Notes under the pieces: generated by a model
The model's database searches: none
What the model was told of the DNA's origin: nothing
Seen by the model: only the letters and a program-made list of their open reading frames with translations
NCBI RefSeq assembly: GCF_009914755.1
Contig: NC_060926.1
Reading direction: 5' to 3' (one strand)
Origin: the human T2T-CHM13v2.0 reference genome, Homo sapiens
DNA length: 64,000 bases
Program-made: the position numbers and the translations under genes
Part shown: positions 53,257 to 64,000 of the stretch, one piece after another
How the letters are laid out: each line of letters opens with the position of its first letter
Numbering within the stretch: the first letter of the stretch is position 1

Positions 53257-54249
53257 TGTTTTCATGTCCCTAAAGGAACTTGAAGTCTAAATGGGCAGAC
53301 AAGACCAACATACACAAAGCAGAGAGTGGCACAAGAGCCATGTCTGATGCAACAGTGACTCAGGAGGATCACTCTGACTCAGAATGGCCAAGCAAAGGTA
53401 TTGGGAGGAAGTGGGATAGAACTGAGCTTTGAAGACCGTGCTAAAATATTTACAGACTCCCCAGGTTATCTCAAGTTCTCTCCAGGAATTAGCTTCACCT
53501 CTTTGTGCTTTGGCTCCACATCAGTTAAATAGTGGTAACGTTTGATCGTTAAGAACCATGTAGAGATGAAACAATTTTCAAAGTTTTTTAATTAAGTGTA
53601 CTCATTGCCACTCAAAGACAAATACCATATAAATATAATAATAATCATATTGAGAAACAAAATAGCAATGATGCAGATACTCATGTACTGTTTCATGTTT
53701 GTGGTCTTTGAGGGGAGTTTTTACTCAAATATCCCTAGATGAATAAATACATATGGTCTATAAATATGTCCCAAAGCAATTTTCTCCACTTGAACCTACA
53801 TATACTTCACTATAGAACTGAAAACAAATTTATTTAAAACTTCTTTTATGTGGTTGTCTGTTGAAAAAAAAATCAGAACTCTCATTAAAGCCAATAAGAA
53901 TTTGGTATAAAAAATTAATAGCAGGATATGAGCTTATAGAATCTTATCAATAATATCTTTATGATTCATTGGTCTCTTTGTGATGTGCCAAACATAACCA
54001 GGATTTATTGATGAATATGATATTTGGGGGTATAAAAACTTTATATATGTTTTTCTTTACTCAATTAGTGAATCTTGTCTAAATTAATATTGTCATGAGA
54101 TTTCATTTAGCAATGGCCAGGTATCATGGCCAAATAGATACTTTGACTTGAATTATCTGCCTAAATGTTCTAATTCTCCACTTTACTTCACGAAACTGAG
54201 GAAATTCAGCTGTAATAAAAATCTTAAATTTGAAAAAAAAATAAGTGTT

Positions 54250-54740
54250 TTGTACAAAGTTCTAGGAGTGAGACGTGCAAGGGGATAAAAATATGAATAA
54301 GAAAGTCCTAGTACTAAGATTACATCTTAGTTGATAAATGCATTGGAAGAAAGAGAAAACTATTAAGCCAATACAAAGCACCAAAGAAATACGTGAAATA
54401 AGGGAGATAAACTCATGTTCCTATGAAATCTCCAAGAAGGGAGAGATTCTATTCGGTCAGGGAGATGACAAAGGAGCGTGGATTGGTGGGCCCCTGGGAG
54501 GCTTTGGACGAGAAGGGTTGGAAGCGTTGTCACTGCAGAGCGAAGAGCCTGAGAAATGACAGGGAATCAGGAAAACACAGAGAAAGCAACGAGCATTCCT
54601 CCACTTCTTCTCCCAGCAGAGGAACACTGAGAAGTGGAATTGGAAAGATGGACCGGACCCAAATTCTTAAGGGTGTTGAATATCAGGCTAAATACTTTCA
54701 GCTTAATTTGGTTAAGTCATGAGAAACCACTGAAGGTTTT
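54250..54740 (-). mobile_element. L2 fragment
   Basis: ggggataaaaatatgaataagaaagtcct...gagaaaccactgaaggtttt. Confidence 0.5.
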
Positions 54741-54929
54741 GTTTTGTTTTGTTTTCAAGCAAGTTAGTGGCCTACATTAATTTATTATTTATCATTATTC
54801 AACCTTTTACATTGAAATTGCTCCCCAATCCTTATCAATTCCCCCTTGGACTCTTACTACAGCACTTTTTCCCTAGTACCCCATGTCAGTGCTGCCTCCA
54901 AACAGCACAGCCCCCACCAGGCTTGCTGT

Positions 54930-55490
54930 CTCCTTCCCAGCCCACAAGACATGAGTCTTAATTAGAAATATGATTGCATGGTTCCCTAGCTTAAAATCCA
55001 TCAATAAAATCCTCTCTCCCATAGAAGAATGTCCAAGGCTTTAGTATGGTATATCAGGATTGTCATCTTTAAAATTTTACCTATCTGCCTACCAGGTAAC
55101 CCCCTCAACACACATCCCCTGTGGTCCCTGTGCTTTGACCTGGAATTCCTCACTGTTGCATGAAATGTCATGATTTCTCACACCCCCATACCTGTGTGTG
55201 AGTAGTCTCCTTGTCTGCCTGGAAAAATATTATTCAGCCTTGGAAATTCAGCTCAAATGTCACCTCCTCCATGAAGCCTTCCCTGATAATCCCTAGCCTT
55301 GCCCCCTCCCTCCATTGAGTTAATACCCTCTCTTCTTCTCCATAGCTCCATTTGACTCCACTTGTCACTGTTTTGTGTGTTCATTTATATTACCATCTTC
55401 CGGCTACATTGGGCAGCACCGTTTCTTATTGCTCTCTGTAGCCTTAATGCTGGCACTCATTACATAACAGTTAGATAAACTAATTCATAT
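54930..55490 (+). mobile_element. L2 fragment
   Basis: ttcagctcaaatgtcacctcctccatgaagccttccctga is a canonical L2 motif. Confidence 0.75.
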
Positions 55491-56086
55491 ATTTTTATCA
55501 CACCAACTTCCTGAAACTATCTAAGGCAGTTGAGAGGAAAGAGCTTTAGAAAAATGAACATGACAGTGATGTATTAGGTAAATTGGATGAGAGACTGCAG
55601 GCTTGGAAGGAGGGGGAGAATATGATGGATTCTGCTTTGAACATGGAAAATATGCCTTTGGCGTCCACTGCAATCAGGATCTGCTTTTGAGGCTACAAAT
55701 GATTCTGATTAGACAGGAATGGAGAATTAAGTCGTCCTTTTCACTTTCCAGGCCTAACACGCCCATCTCTTTTGATAACTTCCTCCAAGATGACTCTGAA
55801 TTTCTTTAGTCCTGTCTCTCTTATCCAAATATTTCCTGAACAAGAACTCAAATTGGGCAAGTTTTCAGATCCTGTATCTGAATGTGTGTGAGCTCAGGGA
55901 GAAGGAAACAAAGTGATTTGCAACCTGGCGCTGGAAGGAGACCGACTGTCAGGGGGCCAGGGATTGTTTTTGTTATTTCTGTCTTGCTCTAAACCATGTC
56001 TGTTTATTGTTATTGTCTTGTCCCCTTACTGATGTTCAATCCATTTCCTCATCACAAGTGTGAAAGGAAACCTGGCAAAAAGTTAC

Positions 56087-56217
56087 CCGAGCAAGAGTTC
56101 CGAATCAATAATAGATTCATCCTGAGGTACAGCACGACATCTGTTAGATATTTGGAGCCGCTGTCCATCCTGCCTGGAGGGGTGCTTAAGCAGTCAGGCT
56201 CCTTTCTCCCTGGAAGA
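56087..56217 (-). other. Candidate 131-nt exon of an unidentified transcript
   Basis: Minus strand: cttaactctctgtgttttatAG acceptor with a branch-like CTTAAC, and a CGG/GTAACT donor. Unique sequence, one frame open throughout. Confidence 0.3.
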
Positions 56218-57779
56218 CTATAAAACACAGAGAGTTAAGAAGTGGCAGGAAAGTGCTAGTGATGCCTGCTTAAAAGAGCAAGTGCTATAACTTGTAGGAT
56301 GAACATGTTTCAAGAGAGAAGATTGGTGTTCAATTTTAGCATATGTTCTTGAACCCATATTTACACAGAATTTGAGTTGTACGAGCAAAGTAACATGTAT
56401 GAAACAAAAACTAGTTATGTAATGGAATTGTTCCTTTGCACGAGAAATTTGTATATGTGTGTCTTAAGAATTTTGGCTTGTCCTTTTTTACTGCAAGCTT
56501 TAAAAATACCATATTAAACGAATTTTCAAAACCTTCACAGAAACTCTTATTGCTTCTAGCCACAGTTGACCTGGTAGAGATTCCAATGAATTATCAGAAT
56601 CTTTTTTTTCTCTTGTAATATTGAAGCTTTCAATGAGAAAATCAACACCAGAGAGAGAGAAGAGAAATTGAAGAGAAACAGAAGAGGGAGGGGAAGGGGA
56701 GGGAGGATACTACTAGATAAATGAGATATCATACCGGAAAAGGAGATAGAGAAGTGGAAAGACAGCATAGGGGAGGAATAAAGAATGAAAAAGATAAGCA
56801 GATAAAAAGTGGCCTTAGTTAAGAAAAAACTACGCATTATAAAATCCTCTTTAACTCCATGGTGAAAGAAAACTTTAAAGCAAGGCTGCACAGTTGCAAC
56901 AAAACAACCCTTTAAAAAAAATCCCACTTAGAAATTCAAAGAGGTTATCAAAGTAGATTAGCAAACTATATACTTGGAACAACAATTTCACAATCAAAAC
57001 CAAACTTAGTACTATGAAGGGAGTCTGAGAAAAGACAGATGTAGGAAGAGAAAAGAAAAAATTGGGAGAAAGAACGATAGAAGGGTAGAGAGCAAGGGAA
57101 AGCCAGAAACGAAACAAAAGCTGGGATATTTGTTTTATGAAGTATTAATAACTCACGAAGGGTTATTTGTCATTGCTGAATTCGGAAATTTATTATCCTA
57201 TATTAACAAGAGACCAAAATGTCTAGAGTCATTGGCTTGGAGTGTTTTTAAAATGCACCTTCATGCAGACAGTGACCCAAGTTAAAAGGCGGCCCTCATT
57301 GTGAAGGGGACGTGGATAGGGCCCTAAATCAGCCAGTTACTACCCTCACAACCCTGCTAAGGGCCAGAGAGCTCCTCTGGGGGTGCAGGGAGACTTTGAA
57401 GTCCAGAAAAGTTTTGGATGGGAAAAGAGGAGTGGCTATGGAAAAGAGAATGAGAATTTATTATCAGGACCTTTGGGGGGTTTCATATAAAAGCCCTAAA
57501 TTAACTTAATACTTAACGAAAATCTGTGCTGTCACCCACTGTCTTGACTTTATTGCTTTCGTGTTTGCTGAGCCCTTTACATATCATGCTGGATTAATCT
57601 CTGATCTTTGCAATTTCATTAAAATAACACAGGGGAAAATTTTATGCTCAAACTTCAGGATGAGACTTAAGAAAGCAGGAAAGTGGGCATAATCACCCAC
57701 TTTCCATCTAGCTAAGAGACAGGAAGCATGCAAACATATGAGAATTTTGTGAATCATCTAGAACATCCCCCATTAAGGA

Positions 57780-58205
57780 GGCTCACTTCCTTCAGAGATG
57801 CCTCCTTCCAAATCCTCCTCCTTGAGTCTTGGAGCCCAGGTGAACTCCCTGCCCTGCAATGTACCCACCACTTACCTCAGCAGCCATGCCCGCATGCACT
57901 CCACTGGCCCACTGAGTTGCTCTCCAGGTGAACTCCTCCATCGGCTCACAGTCTCATTCTCCCTTTCTTGGGAAGCCTTTCTGACCTCCCAGGTGTTGTT
58001 AGGGATCCCCTTCCCTGGGTCCCCAGAATACCCTCCCCATCCCTTCTCACAGCACATGCCCACGGCATCACACCTGCCTGTTTACCTGCCTCTCCCCAAC
58101 TATAAAGCTCTTGAAGACGGTAATATGAATCCTCTTTTGCTATCTCTGCAGCACCCAGCACAGTGTCTGGCTCTCAAAATACTTTTTGAATTAATACATG
58201 AATGG
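57780..58205 (+). mobile_element. L2 3' fragment
   Basis: gggaagcctttctgacctccc...ctataaagctcttgaagacgg...cacccagcacagtgtctggc. Confidence 0.7.
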
Positions 58206-58419
58206 GAGTTAAAATCATATCTTAGCTCTAAGGTCTAATTTTTTTTCTGATTTACCATTCTGCTCAAGGCCAGTGTGGTCCAAATAGGAGTACTGTTCAA
58301 AGAGGCAGATTCCTGGACCTCAGACTCCTCCCTGTGATCTTCTTAAGCTCTAACGCGTTAGTCATACCCAGCTCTAGGAGTAAAAAATAATATTTACCTT
58401 TAAGAGATCTATAAGCTTT

Positions 58420-58850
58420 TCCTTCATTGGGGAGCATAAAAATTATTGTGCTTGGCACAGGGGAGAGAATGGTGAAAATGGCAGAAAAGAAGGTTCTGGC
58501 CCTTTGGGGAGCTTACCTTCCAGCAGGTTGACAAACGTTAAACCAAAAATTAGACAGGTGCTATGAGAGTGTGGAGCAAGAGGCCCCTGCCTAGCCTTCC
58601 TGAATAAGAGCAGTTTGAGCCAAATATTGGGAAATTCACAGAAATTAGCAAGGCAAAAAAGAAAAAAGCGAGAGGAAGTTTGGGAAGAGAGAAGGGGCAA
58701 GTCTGTGCAAAGGCCCAGAGGCAGGAAGGAGTAGGGCATGTTTAAAGAACTGAAGGAAGGTCAGTAGGACTGAAGTCCAGAGAGAGGGGAAGAGAATGGC
58801 ATGAGGCTGAAGATGAAGACTGAAAGAATATGTGCCTGGGCAACGCATGA
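58420..58850 (-). mobile_element. L2 fragment
   Basis: tgcaaaggcccagaggcaggaaggagtagggcatgtttaaagaactgaaggaaggtcagt. Confidence 0.75.
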
Positions 58851-59351
58851 CCCCCATTACCTTAGGGTATTCACAGTTAATAACTTTTCTTGTGTTTATT
58901 TAAGAAGAGTATAGATACAGTAACTTCTTTATTTTCAATAGTACAGCAGACCATAACTGATAGACTTTCATTTATTTAAGGCCATATGCTGGGTTTTGTT
59001 TTTGTTTTCACTATTACAAAAAGTGCTACAATGATCTTTCTTGTCCACAATGGTATGTTCTTAAGTAGTTGGCTAAATTTAACTAGAAGACAGAAAATCA
59101 CTGGGGGAAAAAATCAGTAGAAACACATAAATAATCAATAAGCTAATATTAAAGGAGGGAAGATGACTTTTATGAGATGAATGACTTAGAACTATTTAGG
59201 ATTTACGAATGATGTGAATCTATACTACCGTTCAGACTGGTGCTTATTATATTCTGAATCATATTTCTGGCCCTAGCCCAGAGGAGGGATTCAAAGTACA
59301 GGTCTCCATCTCTGGCCCCAGAGATAGCACAGCCCTTTACCTAGATCGGGT

Positions 59352-59606
59352 AATATTGCATGATGGGTGAAAATTCCTACTCTGAAGTCCAGAGGGTCAC
59401 TTTTATTCCTGGCTTTGCCATTTACTAGCTGTATGGCTTGAAGTGAGCTTCCTAAGCTTCAGTCTCCCCATTTACAAAAGAGGAGATAAAAATATTACCT
59501 ACCACTGTAGGGTCATGGTGAGGATTAAATGAGATGATGTCGGTGAGGCTCATAGCAACTGCCTAACATGGGAAGCTCTCAGTAAATGATAGGTACTATT
59601 GTTGTT
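59352..59606 (+). mobile_element. MIR (near full length)
   Basis: tcctggctttgccatttactagctgt...cttcagtctccccatttacaaaa...gtgaggattaaatgagatgat. Confidence 0.85.
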
Positions 59607-59679
59607 GTTAACAAAGTCAAGAGAAGATAGTATGTAATAATAGTTTTCATTTCTGTAAAGTTTTCCATGATGCAGATCC

Positions 59680-59995
59680 TGACCTCAGCATTTTACCTGT
59701 ATTAACCCATTTAATCTAACAATCATTCTATAGGTAGGTGCTATGACTACATTTTTATAAATGAGGAAACTGAGGTCAACAAGAGCAATTGAGAGCTCCT
59801 TCATAACAGAGCCAGAGAATGAAACCTAGGCAGTCTTATTACACTGATGGGCCAGAAATATCCACAATGCCAGAACCACGTAATGTTGCAGCTGGAGGAC
59901 AACACAGAAAAAATCTAGTAAATCTCAATTTATAAATGAGAAAGTTGAGGCCCAGATCATTAAAATGACCTGCTTTTCGGTCACACACACTTAAT
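59680..59995 (-). mobile_element. Two antisense MIR fragments
   Basis: catttaatctaacaatc...ttttataaatgaggaaactgagg and ataaatgagaaagttgaggcccaga. Confidence 0.7.
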
Positions 59996-60024
59996 CTGAG
60001 AAAGTCCATGATCATTAAGAATTT

Positions 60025-60373
<349 letters not shown>

Positions 60374-61939
60374 TTAGCTCTTATACAATGCTGTTGTATC
60401 ATTTAAATGTATGCTAATCCCATGGATTTGATTTTCCTTTAAGTGTTCTTAAATTTAGAAATGAAGGAAATAGAGGAGAAGAGTCCTGCAAAAGAAGGTT
60501 TGAGTTTTTTCAAATTCAAAAGAATTTTTTTTTAAGTTTCAAATATTTGGCAACAACTGGCAAAATCAGCTCTTCTCGCCTTATGCCCTGGGCTTGTTAA
60601 TGTCACTTTGAACTGGACTCTTTTGTCTTTACTGTGCTTGGGCTCTACATTGTAAGCAATGAATTTCTTTTGTTTGTAAGTAAAGTATAAGCTACCAAAT
60701 AAATCTCCCCATTCCAAACTCTGATAAGCAGTTTATTTTTTGCCCAGTTTATAATTATCTCTGGAAACTGCTTCCAATAAACTCAAAAGAGTAGCTCTAA
60801 TGGAGAGTGAAAGTCCATGAACTAATACATAAAGCCATGTGTTCTGGGATGAATGACAGAGAAGTAAAAGTTAAGAGAATTCTAATTTACACACTCCCCC
60901 AACATGCCGTGTGACCTATTCAAGTCCTTTAACCTATCTGGATTTTGGTTTCCTGATCTATGAATGTGGCACTAAGGATTATCCTACTCACATGTAAATT
61001 ACTGTGAAAATTAAGAAAATTGATGCAAAAATATCTTGCAATATTTAAGCACATTAAGAGTGTGATATTACAGGAACCTCCTGAACCATGTTTCCTTCCG
61101 TTCTTCCCCTGGCTCAGCCTTCTCATCCTTTAAAATGCCACTCAAGTGTCATCTCCTATTGCCAAAAAGTCTTCTCTGAAGCTTCTGTTCTCACACATAG
61201 CACATCACTCAATAAATATCTGGTCATATATCTGCCTTTGCCATCAGAACACAAGCTTTGCAAGATGAAGAACCTAGTCTTATATCTTATCCATTGGTTT
61301 TCGTTTGGGGTCACCAAAGGTTTTTTGAGCACCTACTCAACACTCATAGGTCTCAAAGGCTGAAAATTAAATGCCTAAAACTCAGTCCCTGATGTTAAAG
61401 AATTTATGGTTAATTGGGTAGAGCAAAAGCAGAAGACAATCACAGCATAATGTTGCAAATCCAGACCTGAATGGGGCACCTTGGGAGTAGAATGGACCCA
61501 ACTCTGCCTGTATTGCAGGCTGTAAGACATTCTTCTCCAGGACCTGGGGAAGGCATGCTCTAACTTTCACTCATTCACTTTCAACGGGGTTTCTAAAAGA
61601 TATCAGCATCAGACCTAATCTCGTCCTTCAGAAGGAAGTTTTCTATCACCACCCACCAAGTACAAGTGATGTCCTCCAGGTATTTCCCACAAATTCCGGT
61701 GACCAAATAACTTTGGCACTGTTGACCACACACCCAGGTGGTGCTACATATATAGGCCTCGTAACAGCAGCTAATGAATCATTCCCTTTGGTTACATAAA
61801 AAGCAAAGCCAAAGTCGCCTCTGGCACCCACTTTGAGTTAGCTCAAGAGCAGCCCCATGTTAAAGTCTTAGCTACTTCAGCTGGTGTTTCTTTGCAAATT
61901 CACATTTAGAAATAATAGTCTTCCCTTAATTCTGCAGAA

Positions 61940-62120
61940 TGATTTACATTTTACAAAATGCCTTCACATCCATCATCCTATCTGATTCTAACAACCACTC
62001 ACTGCAATGAATACACCAGGAGTTATTTTATGGATGAGGAAACTGAGACTAGGTAACTCAGACTAAAGCCCAAGTCTCCTGATTCCTATTCTAGTCATCT
62101 CAAACTGCACAACACTGCAG
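61940..62120 (-). mobile_element. MIR fragment
   Basis: catcctatctgattctaacaacc...tttatggatgaggaaactgagact. Confidence 0.65.
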
Positions 62121-62739
62121 CACAATTGCAGAGGAGACACTCAGTGCTTCTATTACCCCTATTTTTCATGAGTTAGTCAAGTCAGCCAATGTTACCTTAG
62201 ACCGGATCATCATCGAAGCACAGAGCTGGGTGAGGAAGGGAAGAGCAGAGCTGCCCTGACTCTCAGAAACACTTGGCTGGTAAGAGAAACAAAATAAGTG
62301 TGCAATCAACTACACGAAAAAATCAAGTGAAGTGTGTGACATGAAAACACCTGATTTGGGGTCCCAACCGTTCTATAGTTCAGTTCTGTGTCTGGATTTA
62401 CAAGACCTGTTGTGGTTTAGTGACTCATAGCTGATGGGGCCTTAAACCTCTTATAATCCCCTTATGTTATTAATACAAATGCAGAAGCAAAGCCAATAAG
62501 GAAAATGACTTTCCCATTGCCCCAAAACTAGTTAATGGCAAATGTAAGATTAGAACACAAAACGCAGAACCTCACCACTCCCCAAAAGACCATTATCAAA
62601 GATTGTTTTACAACCCTGGGATGTTTGCATCCTGGCTTGTGTTTCCCTATATATAGTGTGAAGGACGTTGAAAGAAGAGTAACAGGACCCAAACCTCTTA
62701 ATAAATGGATATTTCAATGTATTCTCAATATTTAGCTAC

Positions 62740-64000
62740 TCAGTAGAATTATTTTCTGATTCATCTATGTTGTCTTATGTTTCAGTGATTCCTTCTTTAT
62801 TGCTGAGAATTATTCCATTAATAGATATAACACAATTTGCTTATCCATTAACCTAGTTATGGACATTTGGTTGTTTCTAGTTTTTGAATTTTGTAAATTA
62901 TTCAATTATATTTCCTTCGTTAGCTTATTAGCTATAACTTTTTTGTCTTTTTCATTTCAGTGGTTGCTTGAGGGTTCAAAGCATACATATTAACTTATTA
63001 CACTCTACCTTCAAGAGATATTATACCATTTCATGTATAGTAAGAGGACTTTATAATAGTTTACTTCCATTTCTTCCTTCTTGGCCTTTGTGCTATTGTC
63101 ATACATTTTACTTTTATACCTATTATAAACATCACACTATGTTGTTATTATTTTTAAGCAGTCAAGAATTATTTAAAGAGATTTAGATAATAGGAAAAAA
63201 TCTTATGTGGTTACCATTTTATGGGCTATTCATTCTTTTGTGTAGACTTCCCTTTCTATCTAGTACCATTTATCTTAGGTCTGAAGAATTTTGTTAAATG
63301 TGTCTTGTAGTGCAGGTCCACTGTGATTAAGTGTTTCAGGTTTTGCATATTTGAAAAAGTCTTTTTTTGGGGGGGTTATTTTTTAAAGATATTTTTACTA
63401 GATATATAAGTCTAGGTTAACAGGTAGTTTGGGGTTTTGTTTTGGTTTGTCTTTATGTTGTTCCACTGTCTTCTAGCTGATGAAGACAAGTTTCTGATAA
63501 AAAATCTGTCTAGTCTTTCTTCCTATGTGTCTTCTGGCTGCTTTTAAGATTTTTTTTCTTAATCACTGCTTTTGAACTATGCTATTATAATATTTCTCAA
63601 GCTTGGGGTTTATTGAAATCTTAAATAAATGGCTTTAGAGTTTCTATTACATTTGGGAAGTATTCAGCCATGATTGCTTCAAATACTTCTGTCTCCTTTC
63701 TACTTCATAGCTCCAATTACACAGATGCTCATTTCTTTGGAGTTTTCCTACAACTCACTGATACTTCATTTTACTTTTAGCCTTTTTTTTCTATTTAATT
63801 TTGGATCATTTCTGTTGTTATGTCTTCATGTTCACTATCTAGTCTTCTGTAACATCTAATCTGCAGTTAGCTTAATACAGTGTATTTTTGCCATAGCCAT
63901 TATAATTTTAACTTCTGAAAGGCTGATTTGGATCTTCATTTTATAATTTGCATGCCTATTGAGTATAGATGCAGTTATAATAATTTATTTTATGTCTTTT
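62740..64000 (-). mobile_element. Old L1M (MC/ME) fragments running off the window end
   Basis: ttattgctgagaattattccatt...ggacatttggttgtttctag; tgttccactgtcttctag; atttgggaagtattcagccatgattgcttcaaatac. Confidence 0.75.

Noticed and set aside
53560-54240. AT-rich block possibly derived from a DNA transposon
   Set aside because: No convincing terminal inverted repeats or transposase motifs by eye.

Overview
This is primate, almost certainly human, non-coding DNA: it carries AluJ, AluS and AluY copies, including a perfect AluYa5 half-element, a subfamily that is essentially human-specific. It is AT-rich and CpG-depleted, with no CpG island. I see no recognisable protein-coding gene, tRNA, rRNA or CRISPR array. 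The supplied ORFs are short chance ORFs, Alu or microsatellite read-throughs, or decayed LINE fragments. Much of the window is interspersed repeat: HAL1, L1M/L1PA, L2, MIR, a CR1/L3 fossil, MaLR and ERV LTRs, and hAT/mariner MITEs. Repeat names come from recalled consensus motifs, not a database search, so subfamily calls and old-repeat boundaries are approximate. I cannot support a novel biological system here. The most unusual things visible in the sequence are: (i) a ~0.9 kb AT-rich quasi-palindrome inside an old L1, bounded by fold-back inverted copies of L1 sequence; (ii) a ~190-bp polyadenylated retroposed fragment inside MER58A; (iii) four short local duplications between 37 and 53 kb, one sitting inside an Alu; (iv) a pristine AluYa5 with no target-site duplication; (v) an L1PA piece with no poly(A) tail; (vi) an ancient CR1 reverse-transcriptase fossil; and (vii) a few splice-site-flanked candidate exons and enhancer-like unique blocks.
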